DNA of 64,000 bases from positions 32,001-96,000 of the IMG/VR virus record IMGVR_UViG_3300047440_000809. One strand, given 5' to 3'. Both the position numbers and the translations under genes were made by a program. How positions within the stretch are numbered: the first letter of the stretch is position 1; the number at the start of each line of letters is the position of its first letter. Under the pieces are notes generated by a model. That model searched no databases. It saw only the letters and a program-made list of their open reading frames with translations, and was not told where the DNA came from. This stretch comes from a virus. Positions 28,706 through 38,132 of the stretch are shown in pieces.

Positions 28706-30031
28706 ATGACACATCCGATTCTCGAAGTCGTCGACCTCGACAAGCTCCGTCCGTTAGACCTTCCAGCGCCGATCCGCCTCGTCTTTCTGTCCCCAAAGCG
28801 AGGCGGACCGGCGCTGAGTGCTATCCGCGAGGCCCTCTCCAAGAAGGGACAACTGCGGTTCTCCGCGACGGCAACGCGGACATTCGTCGATGTCACGTCC
28901 GAAGAGCCAGAAGCGCCGCTGATCGCCCTGGACACGATCGTGCGCGACGACGCCGCGGGCTTGGAGCGCATGCTGTTCAGCGTGATCCCGCACGTCGACG
29001 AGATCGTGCTTGGCGTGGATGGCCGCAGCGACAAGGAGACGCTGAAGGTCGCCCAGCAGTATGCGGACTGCGTGTACGTGTTCGAGGCCATCGACATCGG
29101 CATGAGGCCCGAAGACTGGGCGCCGACCGCCGCGAACCCCCGGGGGAAGATCGACTTCGCCGCTGCACGGAACATCGGGCGGAGCCGCGTGCAAGCCCCG
29201 TGGGCGCTCGTGCTCGATAGCGACGAGTACCTGATCGCCGAGGACTTCCGGGACGCCGTCAAGAACGCCAGGCCATCGCAGGGGGCGTTCTTCATCAACG
29301 TGGTCATGGCGGACACCGGCGTTCGGCAGTTCGTGAGCCGTGACCACCAGAGGCTCGCGCGGACGGGCTACGTGTGGTCGGGCGCGAAGGACAATCAGCT
29401 AGACTGCAAGGGCAGCGAATCACCCGCAGCGCTTCCGGTAGAGATCCTGCACGACACACGGCTCCGCGCCGACCAGGACCAACGAGACGCGCAGCGCGAG
29501 GCGGCCACGGAGGACTTGGTTGCGCGGGCCGAGCGTGGCGACCTCAACGCGCTCTTTCACCTTGCGAAGCACCGCATCGGCGGCTCGACGGCCATCGAAG
29601 AGGCCGTGCGTCTGACGGAGGATTTTCGGCTGCGTGTGGAGCCGAACTCGCCAATCGCGTTTCAGCGCCAGTGGGTCGCGCTCGGCCTCGCCTTCCGGTT
29701 CTACAACGAGGACAACCACCACGAGGCGAATCGCTGGGCGTGCCGCGTTCTGCTTGATGGTCCGTCGATCGCCGCCTTCTGCCTTCTCGGCGACGTGGCC
29801 GAATGCGAAGGGGACCTCGAACGAGCGTGCAACTGGTACGAGGCGGCGTGCGCCGTGATCGACACGCGCGGCATCACGTGGCCTGGCTTCTCAGAGCTGC
29901 GGTGGGGTCGCCTGGTCGCTCTTCGGTTCGTCCTTGCCGAGGGCAAGAAGCTCGCGCTCAACGCCGCGGGGCCGGACAGTCCTCACGGCGCTTCAACATC
30001 CACAGGCCCGACAGCAGAAACTTCAGGCTGA
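28706..30031 (+). CDS. GT2-like glycosyltransferase with C-terminal TPR
   Basis: VDEIVLGVDGRSD, DFAAARN, LVLDSDE. Confidence 0.8.
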   Translation: MTHPILEVVDLDKLRPLDLPAPIRLVFLSPKRGGPALSAIREALSKKGQLRFSATATRTFVDVTSEEPEAPLIALDTIVRDDAAGLERMLFSVIPHVDEIVLGVDGRSDKETLKVAQQYADCVYVFEAIDIGMRPEDWAPTAANPRGKIDFAAARNIGRSRVQAPWALVLDSDEYLIAEDFRDAVKNARPSQGAFFINVVMADTGVRQFVSRDHQRLARTGYVWSGAKDNQLDCKGSESPAALPVEILHDTRLRADQDQRDAQREAATEDLVARAERGDLNALFHLAKHRIGGSTAIEEAVRLTEDFRLRVEPNSPIAFQRQWVALGLAFRFYNEDNHHEANRWACRVLLDGPSIAAFCLLGDVAECEGDLERACNWYEAACAVIDTRGITWPGFSELRWGRLVALRFVLAEGKKLALNAAGPDSPHGASTSTGPTAETSG

Positions 30032-30187
30032 GCAGGAAGCCGCCCAGCCAGATCGTGTCGACACCGATCACCGCTGCCGCATCGTCGATAGGCGCGTCGT
30101 AGATGTCTACGAAGTCGCTTGCGTAGCCCTTTACGCGTTCCCAGTTCGATGGTGCCGGCGCGGGGGGCGCCACAGGCGTCTGGCCGA

Positions 30188-30946
30188 TCATGCGGCCTTT
30201 TTCTTGTCGCCACCCTTGAGCATCACGACGAGCACGAGACCGAGCGCGACGGCGCCACCGATCATCAGGTACGACTGCTTCACGCGGCCCACGCCGGGGA
30301 GCTTGACGGACTTGCCACCGCCGCGGACCTTGTCAGCCACGTTCTGGACGGCATCGGCGGCCGCGTCCTGTGCCGGTTGCAGGTCGGTCACACCGGGTGG
30401 CGGTCCTTGATCGGCGGCAGCGGCCTGCGCGTCAGCGCCAGGGTCCGCGGGGGCCTCGCCGGACTTGCTGAACCGGGAGAGCAGGTTCTGCATCACCGCC
30501 ATGAAAACGGGGATGGCTGCTGCCACGACCGCCGGGGCGATGCCGAGCTGCACGTTCTCGTAGTAGCCGAGCATCGCCGCGTCCGAGCCGGCGAAGAGTG
30601 CCAAGATCGGCCCGTGCGGGAGCTGATGGTTGAGCGTGTGCTTCGTCCAGGACTTCGCCTCGGCAAGCTCCTGGGCGTTGGGCGTCTTCGACTTGCGCTT
30701 GTCCCACGCGAGCTTCACCGCGCGGCGGTGTTCGAGCCTGAGCACGAGACCTTTAATCGGTCGTGCTGCCTGGTGCGCTAGCCACTGCGTGGGCTTGATG
30801 AGCGTCCACTCGACAGGGAAGTAGGCCGCCTTCCCGACGACCTTCGCGCCCTTCTTGATGCCGTGGCCGGTGGCCTGTACGCCGCTCTTGATCCCTCGCC
30901 CGACAGACCGGATCGAGAACCCGAGCGGCGAGTTCGAGACGATCAC
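30188..30946 (-). CDS. Putative virion membrane protein
   Basis: C-terminal TM + KKK; SPLGF, MLGY, QLGI motifs. Confidence 0.6.
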   Translation of the reverse strand: MIVSNSPLGFSIRSVGRGIKSGVQATGHGIKKGAKVVGKAAYFPVEWTLIKPTQWLAHQAARPIKGLVLRLEHRRAVKLAWDKRKSKTPNAQELAEAKSWTKHTLNHQLPHGPILALFAGSDAAMLGYYENVQLGIAPAVVAAAIPVFMAVMQNLLSRFSKSGEAPADPGADAQAAAADQGPPPGVTDLQPAQDAAADAVQNVADKVRGGGKSVKLPGVGRVKQSYLMIGGAVALGLVLVVMLKGGDKKKAA

Positions 30947-31044
30947 CGGTTACCGCAGCTTGAAGCCGATGAAGATGCTCGCGCCCGCGAGGAGCGCGCC
31001 GAACAGAATCTTGCCGTAGTCGCCTTGCATGGGTCGGAACCTTT

Positions 31045-31644
31045 CTAGTCGCCCGAGGACGACTTCTTCTTTTTCTTGTGCAGGAGGACGTACCCGCCGA
31101 TCCCGGCCGCCGCGACGATGCCGCCGATCAGCAGCCAGTGCTGCTTCTTCGGGCCCGGGACTTCCTGCCCCTCGGAGGCCGCCGACGCGTCCTGCGTGGG
31201 GCCGAGGTCGGCCGCGGGCGAGCCGGGCGCCACGGACGCCTGGGGGATCTGCGAGGGCATCGGGTTCAGGATTGCCTGTTGCTGCGTCAGCTGCGCTTGC
31301 GCCTGCGCGGCCTGCGCTGCCGCTGCCGCCTGCTGCGACGCCATGAGCTGTTGCTGAAGCATCTGGAGACGCGCCGCCGCCCGAGCGTCGTGTCCTGCGC
31401 GCCGCTGGAGGTCGAAGCGCTCGCGATCGTAGGCGCGCTGTGCGTCCCGCGCGCGGTTGATCGCGGCGAAGTCGATGACCGGACGGTAGATGGTGCGGAC
31501 CGGGCCGGGCGTGTAGACCGTCCGCGGCTGCGCGTAGACCGGACGGGGAGGTGCGAAGGCGGGGCGCATGGGAATTGGTGCGCGATAGGCCGGGGGGCGA
31601 TACGCCGAGCGCCAGGGTTGTGGTTGCGGGGTGGCTCCAATCAT
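31045..31644 (-). CDS. Putative virion membrane protein (Pro/Gln-rich)
   Basis: C-terminal TM followed by KKKKK. Confidence 0.6.
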   Translation of the reverse strand: MIGATPQPQPWRSAYRPPAYRAPIPMRPAFAPPRPVYAQPRTVYTPGPVRTIYRPVIDFAAINRARDAQRAYDRERFDLQRRAGHDARAAARLQMLQQQLMASQQAAAAAQAAQAQAQLTQQQAILNPMPSQIPQASVAPGSPAADLGPTQDASAASEGQEVPGPKKQHWLLIGGIVAAAGIGGYVLLHKKKKKSSSGD

Positions 31645-31655
31645 CGGAAGGTCTC

Positions 31656-32003
31656 CTACTTTTTGAGCATGAAGAGGACGACGAGCGCCGCGCCGCCGAT
31701 CAGCGCGAGGGGAAGCAGGTTGCCCTTCTTGACGGGGGCCATCGTCGCGGTGCCGTCGTCGTTCGCGACCTCATCACCCGTGGCGGGCGGTCCGGGCGGC
31801 ATCTGGCCCGGCTGAGGCTGCGTGAACTGCTGGGCGTAATTGGCGTACGAGCCTGCACGGCCGCCGTATGCCTGACCAGCGGCAATCGCAGCCTGCTGCA
31901 CCCTCGGATTCTGGATCGCCTTCGCGATGGCCCGGGTGCCGACGACGTGGGCGTGCACGATCGCGCGGAACGGGTTGAAGCCGAGCGACGAATTGACGAT
32001 CAC
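31656..32003 (-). CDS. Putative virion membrane protein
   Basis: IVNSSLGF N-terminus like 30946; C-terminal TM + KK. Confidence 0.6.
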   Translation of the reverse strand: MIVNSSLGFNPFRAIVHAHVVGTRAIAKAIQNPRVQQAAIAAGQAYGGRAGSYANYAQQFTQPQPGQMPPGPPATGDEVANDDGTATMAPVKKGNLLPLALIGGAALVVLFMLKK

Positions 32004-32087
32004 GAAGACTATCCTACGGGCGACACGGCACACCCGTCAAATCGCCCGATTTGCCTCGGTCGCACTCGCCGTGGCATTCTGTACTTC

Positions 32088-32669
32088 GTGCTCCGCGACG
32101 CAACGGCACCGATGCTTCGTGCTCACCGCGTCGGCACGCTCGATGACCGCGTGAAGCTGCTCACGCGGATGGTGTGGCTAGGCGCGCAGGCGGTAGACCC
32201 CCGGGAACCTCCCGTCGGGGGGCTACGTGATCCGAAGATGCGCGAGATCGGCCTGCGCGCCACGCAGAGCTGTCCCGAGCGGAACGACATGTGCGAACTG
32301 GAAGCGATCTACACGTTCGTGACGATGACCGCGCCGGACGGTCACCCAAACGTGCGCTACACCGGCGACATCGCGCTCAAGGACACGTACCAGACGGCGT
32401 ACCGGACCTTGCAGTATCGCGGCGGCGACTGTGACGACCACGCCGTGCTCAGCGCCGTGCTCGCGATGGAGAACGGCTTCCAGACGCGCTTCCGGATCAC
32501 GTCGAACACCGGCGCGAGCTGGGACCACATCTACTGCATGGCGGGCTACCCGAAGAACGGCCCCACGCGCTGGATCGCGCTCGACACCACGCTCGGCCCG
32601 CGGCGCTTCGCAAAGCAGCCGCCCGAGGCCAAGCATCGCGATTTCAACGTCAGCGAAGTCACACGATGA
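32088..32669 (+). CDS. Transglutaminase-fold cysteine protease
   Basis: Catalytic-triad motifs GDCDD, WDHIY, WIALDTT. Confidence 0.8.
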   Translation: MLRDATAPMLRAHRVGTLDDRVKLLTRMVWLGAQAVDPREPPVGGLRDPKMREIGLRATQSCPERNDMCELEAIYTFVTMTAPDGHPNVRYTGDIALKDTYQTAYRTLQYRGGDCDDHAVLSAVLAMENGFQTRFRITSNTGASWDHIYCMAGYPKNGPTRWIALDTTLGPRRFAKQPPEAKHRDFNVSEVTR

Positions 32670-32878
32670 GTCGTGCCGGTGACACGACAGCGCTTTCGCT
32701 CCCGGACGGTGGCGTCATGGAGATCCCGTTGCCCGGGAGCAAGGGGCGCTTCGCCGTGCGTGCACCTTCGCTGCTCGGGCAAGACGGCAGCTCGCGCCTT
32801 CCGATCGTCATTGGCATCGTGGTCGGCGTCGCTGTCGGTGTCGCGGCAACCGCCTGGTACATGAGCCGGCGGCGCTGA
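32666..32878 (+). CDS. Small membrane protein
   Basis: C-terminal TM + RRR. Confidence 0.6.
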   Translation: MSRAGDTTALSLPDGGVMEIPLPGSKGRFAVRAPSLLGQDGSSRLPIVIGIVVGVAVGVAATAWYMSRRR

Positions 32879-33115
32879 TGCTCGGCGGACGGCCAGCACC
32901 TCCCGCGCGGCCACGGGAAGGGTTCGAGGTGTTCTGGATGCGGTTAGGACGTATCGTCATGAAGCAGTGCCAGCAGAAGGCCCACTGCGACGTCGTCATC
33001 ACGCTCAAGGACGGATCGGTGCAGCTCGTGCGCGTGAACGAGTCGTTCCTACCGACCACGCTGCCCGACGTCTGAGATTTGCCGGGTCGGCGGGCCCGGT
33101 GTTAGCCTGGTATCC

Positions 33116-33976
33116 GTGCTCGCGCAGGACGCACCGACGCAGTCGCTCTTTCCTCATCGCAAGCAGTGCGAGTGGATCGACCAGGGTCATGGGCTGTCCG
33201 CGCGCGTCTGTGACGATGGCGAAGTGCTCATGTGGCACGACGCCGAGACGCGCGAGACCTGGATTCACGGCGAAACCCCGCCGAATAAGTGGCAGGTCTT
33301 TTTCCGCCGTCACCACAACTTCAACGGCTTCGGAGCGACGGAAGCGGCGGTCGGCGTGTGCCCTCCCCGACCGCATATCGCGCCGCGCCCGTCCTCGACC
33401 ATTCAGCGCCTGCAAGCGGCAATCGTCGGGCTCGGGAAACGCGTCGGCGACACCATGCTGCGCATCGCCTCGGACGGGCTCGTCGGTCCCCACACCGTCA
33501 AGGCGACCAATCGCGCGCTCTACATGTACGCCGGGGGCGGCGCAGCGCCGGCGCAGTTCACGACGGGCGCGCTCACGCACGCCCAAGTCGTGGCATTCGC
33601 GCCGCAGCTCACTTCGATCGTGCAGCGTGCGCCCTACCCCGAGTCGCTGCACTCGACCAACGCCGCGACCTATTCTCCACCACCGCCAACCGCGCCGGCC
33701 TTGCCGTCGCAAGGAGCCTCGACGATGCCGTACTACCAGCCGGGACCCGCGTACTACCCGCCTCCGCCACCGCCGGGCTACGGGCCTGCCTACTACGGAC
33801 CCCAGCGAGTCGGGCGTGGTGGGCTCCCCACGGACCAGGCGTCGGTCGACGTGCGTGCCTTCATCCCGGCGCAGTACGAACACGTGCGGATCAATCCGGG
33901 CACGGTCGCGACGGTGATCGGCCTCGTCGTGATCGTGGCGCTGGTGTTGGACCGGAAGAAAAAGAAGGGAGACTGA
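33116..33976 (+). CDS. Membrane-anchored protein with peptidoglycan-binding-like motif
   Basis: IQRLQAAI...DGLVGPHTVKA; Pro/Tyr linker; C-terminal TM + RKKK. Confidence 0.6.
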   Translation: MLAQDAPTQSLFPHRKQCEWIDQGHGLSARVCDDGEVLMWHDAETRETWIHGETPPNKWQVFFRRHHNFNGFGATEAAVGVCPPRPHIAPRPSSTIQRLQAAIVGLGKRVGDTMLRIASDGLVGPHTVKATNRALYMYAGGGAAPAQFTTGALTHAQVVAFAPQLTSIVQRAPYPESLHSTNAATYSPPPPTAPALPSQGASTMPYYQPGPAYYPPPPPPGYGPAYYGPQRVGRGGLPTDQASVDVRAFIPAQYEHVRINPGTVATVIGLVVIVALVLDRKKKKGD

Positions 33977-33978
33977 CC

Positions 33979-34455
33979 ATGAGCCTCGTTGTCGTTCCGA
34001 CCAGCACGGGGTATCCGACGGGGGGCTACAGCCTTCCCGAGCGTGTGTCGTTCGCGATCTCGGATACGGACGGGACTGGCGGGACCATCTACATCAACGG
34101 TCAGGGGGTCAAGAACGGTGACGTCGCGGGCGCGTATGACCTCAAAGACATCTTCGTGTCGGCCGGTCTGCTATTCAGCTCCACCCCGCTGCTCGGACCG
34201 TTTCGTCTTCTGAAGCCCGGATCGAGCCTCCTGGACGTGCAGAACCAGCTGCTCAAGGGGCTCAGCTTCAGCTTCTACGGTGTCACCGCCAACGCGCCCG
34301 CGCCGCTGAACCTGCGCTTCGGAACACTGAACGCGATCGGCGGCCAGCCGGACAGCATCCCCTTCCTGGAGATCATCGCGCCGAACGGCGGCGAGGGATA
34401 CACCGGCGACACCTGGCGCATCGACATCAACCTCCGCCACTCGATCACGAACTAG
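33979..34455 (+). CDS. Beta-rich candidate virion protein
   Basis: ATG just after upstream stop; beta-strand character. Confidence 0.55.
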   Translation: MSLVVVPTSTGYPTGGYSLPERVSFAISDTDGTGGTIYINGQGVKNGDVAGAYDLKDIFVSAGLLFSSTPLLGPFRLLKPGSSLLDVQNQLLKGLSFSFYGVTANAPAPLNLRFGTLNAIGGQPDSIPFLEIIAPNGGEGYTGDTWRIDINLRHSITN

Positions 34456-34461
34456 GCGGCC

Positions 34462-34692
34462 ATGGCCCGGCGGATCAAGGGCAGCTTCTGCGAGCGCGTG
34501 ATGCTCCCCAAGAGCGCATTCGACCGTAAGAGCTTTCGGTGGAAGCGGAGCGGCCGTTCGTGGGTGCTGACGGGCTGTCGACGCAGGCACTTCAAGGGCG
34601 GCCGCTGCGACAACGGGCTGCGTGCACACGTGGTACTCGTGAAGTCGAACGGGTCGTGCCCGATGGGCGGTCGTGCGGTCCGGAAGGGTTGA
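34462..34692 (+). CDS. Small basic Cys-rich protein
   Basis: FDRKSFRW...VLTGC. Confidence 0.55.
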   Translation: MARRIKGSFCERVMLPKSAFDRKSFRWKRSGRSWVLTGCRRRHFKGGRCDNGLRAHVVLVKSNGSCPMGGRAVRKG

Positions 34693-34878
34693 CGTGGATA
34701 AGCCGGATCGCGAAATCACGTGCCGCTGCGGCGGGAGCATCTGCTTCTGGGATCGCGATAGGCGCGTCGCCCATACGGTTCCGCTTTGCGCCTGGTACGA
34801 GGCCGCAGTGGAAACTGCGGGAGGACAGCGCGATCCAGGGGTGATCATCGAGACCGATGCAGGGCGGTACGTGCGAGG

Positions 34879-35130
34879 ATGATCGTCCAGCCGTGCGGGC
34901 TGCCCCGCGAGACCGTCGCGCGCATGCAGTGGGAGGCCGGGCTACCGCCCCACGTGATTCAGGAGACGCTCACCCAGCGCCCCCTCGGTAGCTTCTCCAC
35001 CGACGCCCGCCAGGCGATCACCGTGTCGCCCGACTACTTCGTGCGTTGGTACACCCTCAAGTCAATCGGGCTTGGAGTCGCGGTCGGGATCATCGGGTAC
35101 CTGCTTGGGCGTGCGACGGCGAAGCGCTGA
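34879..35130 (+). CDS. Small membrane protein
   Basis: RPLGSF; C-terminal TM. Confidence 0.55.
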   Translation: MIVQPCGLPRETVARMQWEAGLPPHVIQETLTQRPLGSFSTDARQAITVSPDYFVRWYTLKSIGLGVAVGIIGYLLGRATAKR

Positions 35131-35281
35131 CCGCAGCCACTTCAGCATGTCGATGAGGCCGTTGATCCGGATGATTACCGCCGCCTCGACGAGGCGCACG
35201 TCGGCCAGCTCCTTCTTCAGCGCTTCGACTTCGACCAGCAGCGCTGCGTAGCGCGGGTCTTCCTTCGCGTCGGGCACACGG

Positions 35282-35509
35282 TCAGTGTACTCGGCGCTGT
35301 CGCAACACGAACATGAGCCCACCGACGAGCATGAACACGCCGGCGTTCACGACGGCTGCCGCGGTGTCCTTCGTCGCATCGTGCTCACCGTCCATCGCCT
35401 TGCGCGCGAGTACGCCGGCGATGAAACCCGCGACGCTGCCGATGCTCACGGGAATCATGAAGTCGGAGAGACGCACGGGCTGTGCGTCGGCGAGGAGGTA
35501 GCGACTCAC
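35282..35509 (-). CDS. Small two-TM membrane protein
   Basis: Two Gly-rich hydrophobic helices. Confidence 0.5.
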   Translation of the reverse strand: MSRYLLADAQPVRLSDFMIPVSIGSVAGFIAGVLARKAMDGEHDATKDTAAAVVNAGVFMLVGGLMFVLRQRRVH

Positions 35510-35530
35510 GCGTTCCACTCTAACGCCAAT

Positions 35531-35660
35531 TTGACAGCACCCCAAACTCGCCCGCATACTGGCCTCCACATAGCGGTTCTCTCACCGGAACCGCCACTCT
35601 GAGCGAACCAGAGCAACTGGGCGCTTTCCGTCGGACCTCCCGACAGGAAGCGCCCTTTTT
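35531..35660 (+). promoter_or_regulatory. sigma70-like promoter, structured leader and terminator ahead of the capsid operon
   Basis: TTGACA-18-CATACT; hairpins GCGGTTC/GAACCGC and CTCTG/CAGAG; GGGCGC...GCGCCC-TTTTT 35619-35660. Confidence 0.55.
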
Positions 35661-35685
35661 CTATTTCAACCACAGGAGCCAAAAG

Positions 35686-36336
35686 ATGCTGACCCCATCA
35701 GGACCAGGCGGACGCGGCTCCATCCCTGCGCTCGTGATGCGCACGGGTCTCATCCAGCCGGTGTCGCCCGATAACGCCCGGCGTGATATCAGCGCGCGGC
35801 ACGTCGACAACGTGACGACCTACGTGACGGGGCAGCTGCCCTACACGCCGCCCGGTCTCCCCGCCTCGATGCCGCCGATCGTGCCCGTGCCGGCACCGCC
35901 GTCCAACGCCACGAGCGCCGTCGCGGCCACCGTCGTGGCGACGCCGCCGCGCCCGCTGCCGAACGCACCCGCCGCGCTCCCGGGCCCCGGACACTCGGGG
36001 CTGCACCACTGGCATCACGCCCAACGGCGCATGCACCCGATGGTCGCCGAGATCCAGCGGCTCCACCCGCACGCGAACATCCACGGCTCCTCGGAGCCCG
36101 AGCTGGGTGAGTTCGGCGGCTTCCCGCTCGCGAAGTTCGAGATCGCCGCGAGCGTCCCGGCCATCACCGCCCAGAGCGCGGCGATCAACCTCCGCCTCGC
36201 CGCCCGCGCGCTCTACGAGCGCGGTCTCGGCGCCCTGCCCGCCCAGCTGGTGGGCGGTCCGCTCGCGGCGCTCATGCAGGGCGGCGCCGTCGAGCTGCAT
36301 TTTCAGAATGGGGTCGTCGTGAGGGCGACGCCCTGA
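35686..36336 (+). CDS. Pro-rich putative structural protein
   Basis: AGGAG RBS; first gene of the capsid-region operon. Confidence 0.6.
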   Translation: MLTPSGPGGRGSIPALVMRTGLIQPVSPDNARRDISARHVDNVTTYVTGQLPYTPPGLPASMPPIVPVPAPPSNATSAVAATVVATPPRPLPNAPAALPGPGHSGLHHWHHAQRRMHPMVAEIQRLHPHANIHGSSEPELGEFGGFPLAKFEIAASVPAITAQSAAINLRLAARALYERGLGALPAQLVGGPLAALMQGGAVELHFQNGVVVRATP

Positions 36337-36380
36337 AGCAGTAGCACCCAACCCTCGATGACCCCACCAAGGAGAGACAC

Positions 36381-36488
36381 ATGAAGAGACACTGCCGGTA
36401 CGGCGTGAACAAGCGCACCCACCGCTGCCTGAAGTCGAAGCGGTCCCACCCGCTCTCCGGGCACCGCCGGCGTCGGCGGCGGCGGTAA
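36381..36488 (+). CDS. 35-aa protamine-like peptide (not in ORF track)
   Basis: AAGGAG RBS; MKRHCRYGVNKRTHRCLKSKRSHPLSGHRRRRRRR. Confidence 0.6.
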   Translation: MKRHCRYGVNKRTHRCLKSKRSHPLSGHRRRRRRR

Positions 36489-36545
36489 CGAGGGGGAAGC
36501 GAAACAAAACCGTCAACCCTCACGCAGCAAGAAAGAAGACTTCCA

Positions 36546-37061
36546 ATGGCTCGTCACAGATTTCGTGGCTTCGGAGAAGGCGACAGCCACGCTGCCATCG
36601 CAGGACCGCTGATCGGCGGTGGTGCGACGCAGATCGGCATCATGCTGGCGCACCTTCACGCCAGAAAGAACCCCGCAGCGCTCCGGCACGCTGGTGTGCA
36701 CGGCGCGGTGGTGGGGTTGCTCGTGGGCGGTGGCTTGGCCATGACGAAGTCCTATCGTCAGACCGGCTACTCGGCTCTCGCGACGGTCGCCATCATGACC
36801 ATCCCTCGCATCCTGGAGGGATTCATGGGCCTCGGCCACCGCGAAGAGACGGCCGCGATGCACGGCCTCGGCATCATCACGCCGCAGGCGCTCCAGGGCG
36901 CGGGTGAAGAGCCCGTCGTGCAGCTCCTCGACTCCAACGAGATGAACGGCGCCCTCGGCGTTCACGTCGCTGAGGAGTTGCACGGAGCGGGCGGCAACGC
37001 GAGCGAGTACGTGGAGATGATGGGTTCTGGCTTCGGCCACAACTTCCTCCAGGCCGCCTGA
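36546..37061 (+). CDS. Gly-rich membrane-associated structural protein
   Basis: Hydrophobic helices; repeated [MLF]xG motifs; directly upstream of candidate MCP. Confidence 0.6.
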   Translation: MARHRFRGFGEGDSHAAIAGPLIGGGATQIGIMLAHLHARKNPAALRHAGVHGAVVGLLVGGGLAMTKSYRQTGYSALATVAIMTIPRILEGFMGLGHREETAAMHGLGIITPQALQGAGEEPVVQLLDSNEMNGALGVHVAEELHGAGGNASEYVEMMGSGFGHNFLQAA

Positions 37062-37064
37062 TCG

Positions 37065-37100
37065 AAGCGGCGCTCGGGGGCTACCTCGGGCGCCGCTTTT
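37065..37100 (+). terminator. Rho-independent terminator-like hairpin
   Basis: AAGCGGCGC...GCGCCGCTT-TT. Confidence 0.55.
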
Positions 37101-37221
37101 CAACCCTCTGCACGTCGGCATTCTCCCGCACCGACGTGGGTGACAACGCGGGGAACACACCATTCAGCTTCGAGACCACACCGGCCCAGCCGACCCTCGG
37201 GGCAGAAACGAGACAGCTACC

Positions 37222-38010
37222 ATGTCGAATCCCGGCACCCTGACCGTTCGCGTCCGCGGCGTTCCGTTCCCGATCGAGTTCGCGGACTGGACCCACGACC
37301 GCCTCTACCACACCGTCGAGTTCGAAGGGACCGACGCCCAGATCATCCAGACGTTCATCGGAGCGGCTGGCTCTCCGATCCCGGGCGGGCAGCGCGTCCT
37401 GACGATCGTCGACACCAACATCCCGCGCTCGGGTGACACCGGGTTGCAGGAGGGTTGGGAGATGCTGATCTACAGCATCCAGATCCAGGTCACGCGCGAG
37501 ATGGCGCGGAACGCGGCTCAGCAGAGCTTCGCTCTCCAGGACCAGACCAACGTCGGGGGGATGACCCAGTTCTCCCGGAACGTGCACCTCGGCGGGTACG
37601 ACCCGACCAACACGGCCGGCGGCGTGCTGTTCGACTTCATGCGGAAGACCTACCACCGCTTCCAGGTGAACCAGAAGGTTCAGTCCGAGGGGCCGGTGGA
37701 GAAGTACCCGCAGGGGTCGGGCATCTCGGTGTTCGGCACCACCACCAACCTGGAGAACGCCAACAACGGTCTCCCGTCGCCCCGCGACCAGTCGGCGTTC
37801 GTCCTGCCGATCTGGCTGCGGCCGAACATCGCCTACGTGGGCATCCTCGCCCCCCAGGCGGCGCTCGGCATCGGCGGCGCCTCGGCGGCGGTGGGCCCGC
37901 CCTTCGCGACGGTCGAGGGGTACTTCGACTGGTCGGGCATCCCGGCGACGAACCTCGGGTTCGACGTGCGGGAGACCCTGGAGGGTCTGCTGAAGCGCCC
38001 GGTCGTCTGA
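37222..38010 (+). CDS. Candidate major capsid protein (single jelly-roll type)
   Basis: 262 aa, beta-rich, strongly GC3-biased codons, own terminator, surrounded by membrane/structural genes; fold not confirmed. Confidence 0.55.
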   Translation: MSNPGTLTVRVRGVPFPIEFADWTHDRLYHTVEFEGTDAQIIQTFIGAAGSPIPGGQRVLTIVDTNIPRSGDTGLQEGWEMLIYSIQIQVTREMARNAAQQSFALQDQTNVGGMTQFSRNVHLGGYDPTNTAGGVLFDFMRKTYHRFQVNQKVQSEGPVEKYPQGSGISVFGTTTNLENANNGLPSPRDQSAFVLPIWLRPNIAYVGILAPQAALGIGGASAAVGPPFATVEGYFDWSGIPATNLGFDVRETLEGLLKRPVV

Positions 38011-38035
38011 TCGACGCAGCAACCAACTAGCAAGA

Positions 38036-38068
38036 GGGCGCGGTGGCTTCGGCTGCCGCGCCCTTTTT
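38036..38068 (+). terminator. Rho-independent terminator
   Basis: GGGCGCGGTGGC-TTCG-GCTGCCGCGCCC-TTTTT. Confidence 0.8.
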
Positions 38069-38132
38069 CTTTGCTCCGACGGCGCACGCCGCGGATTTGC
38101 CTTCCACCCCCACCCCGTCCTATCATCTCCTC

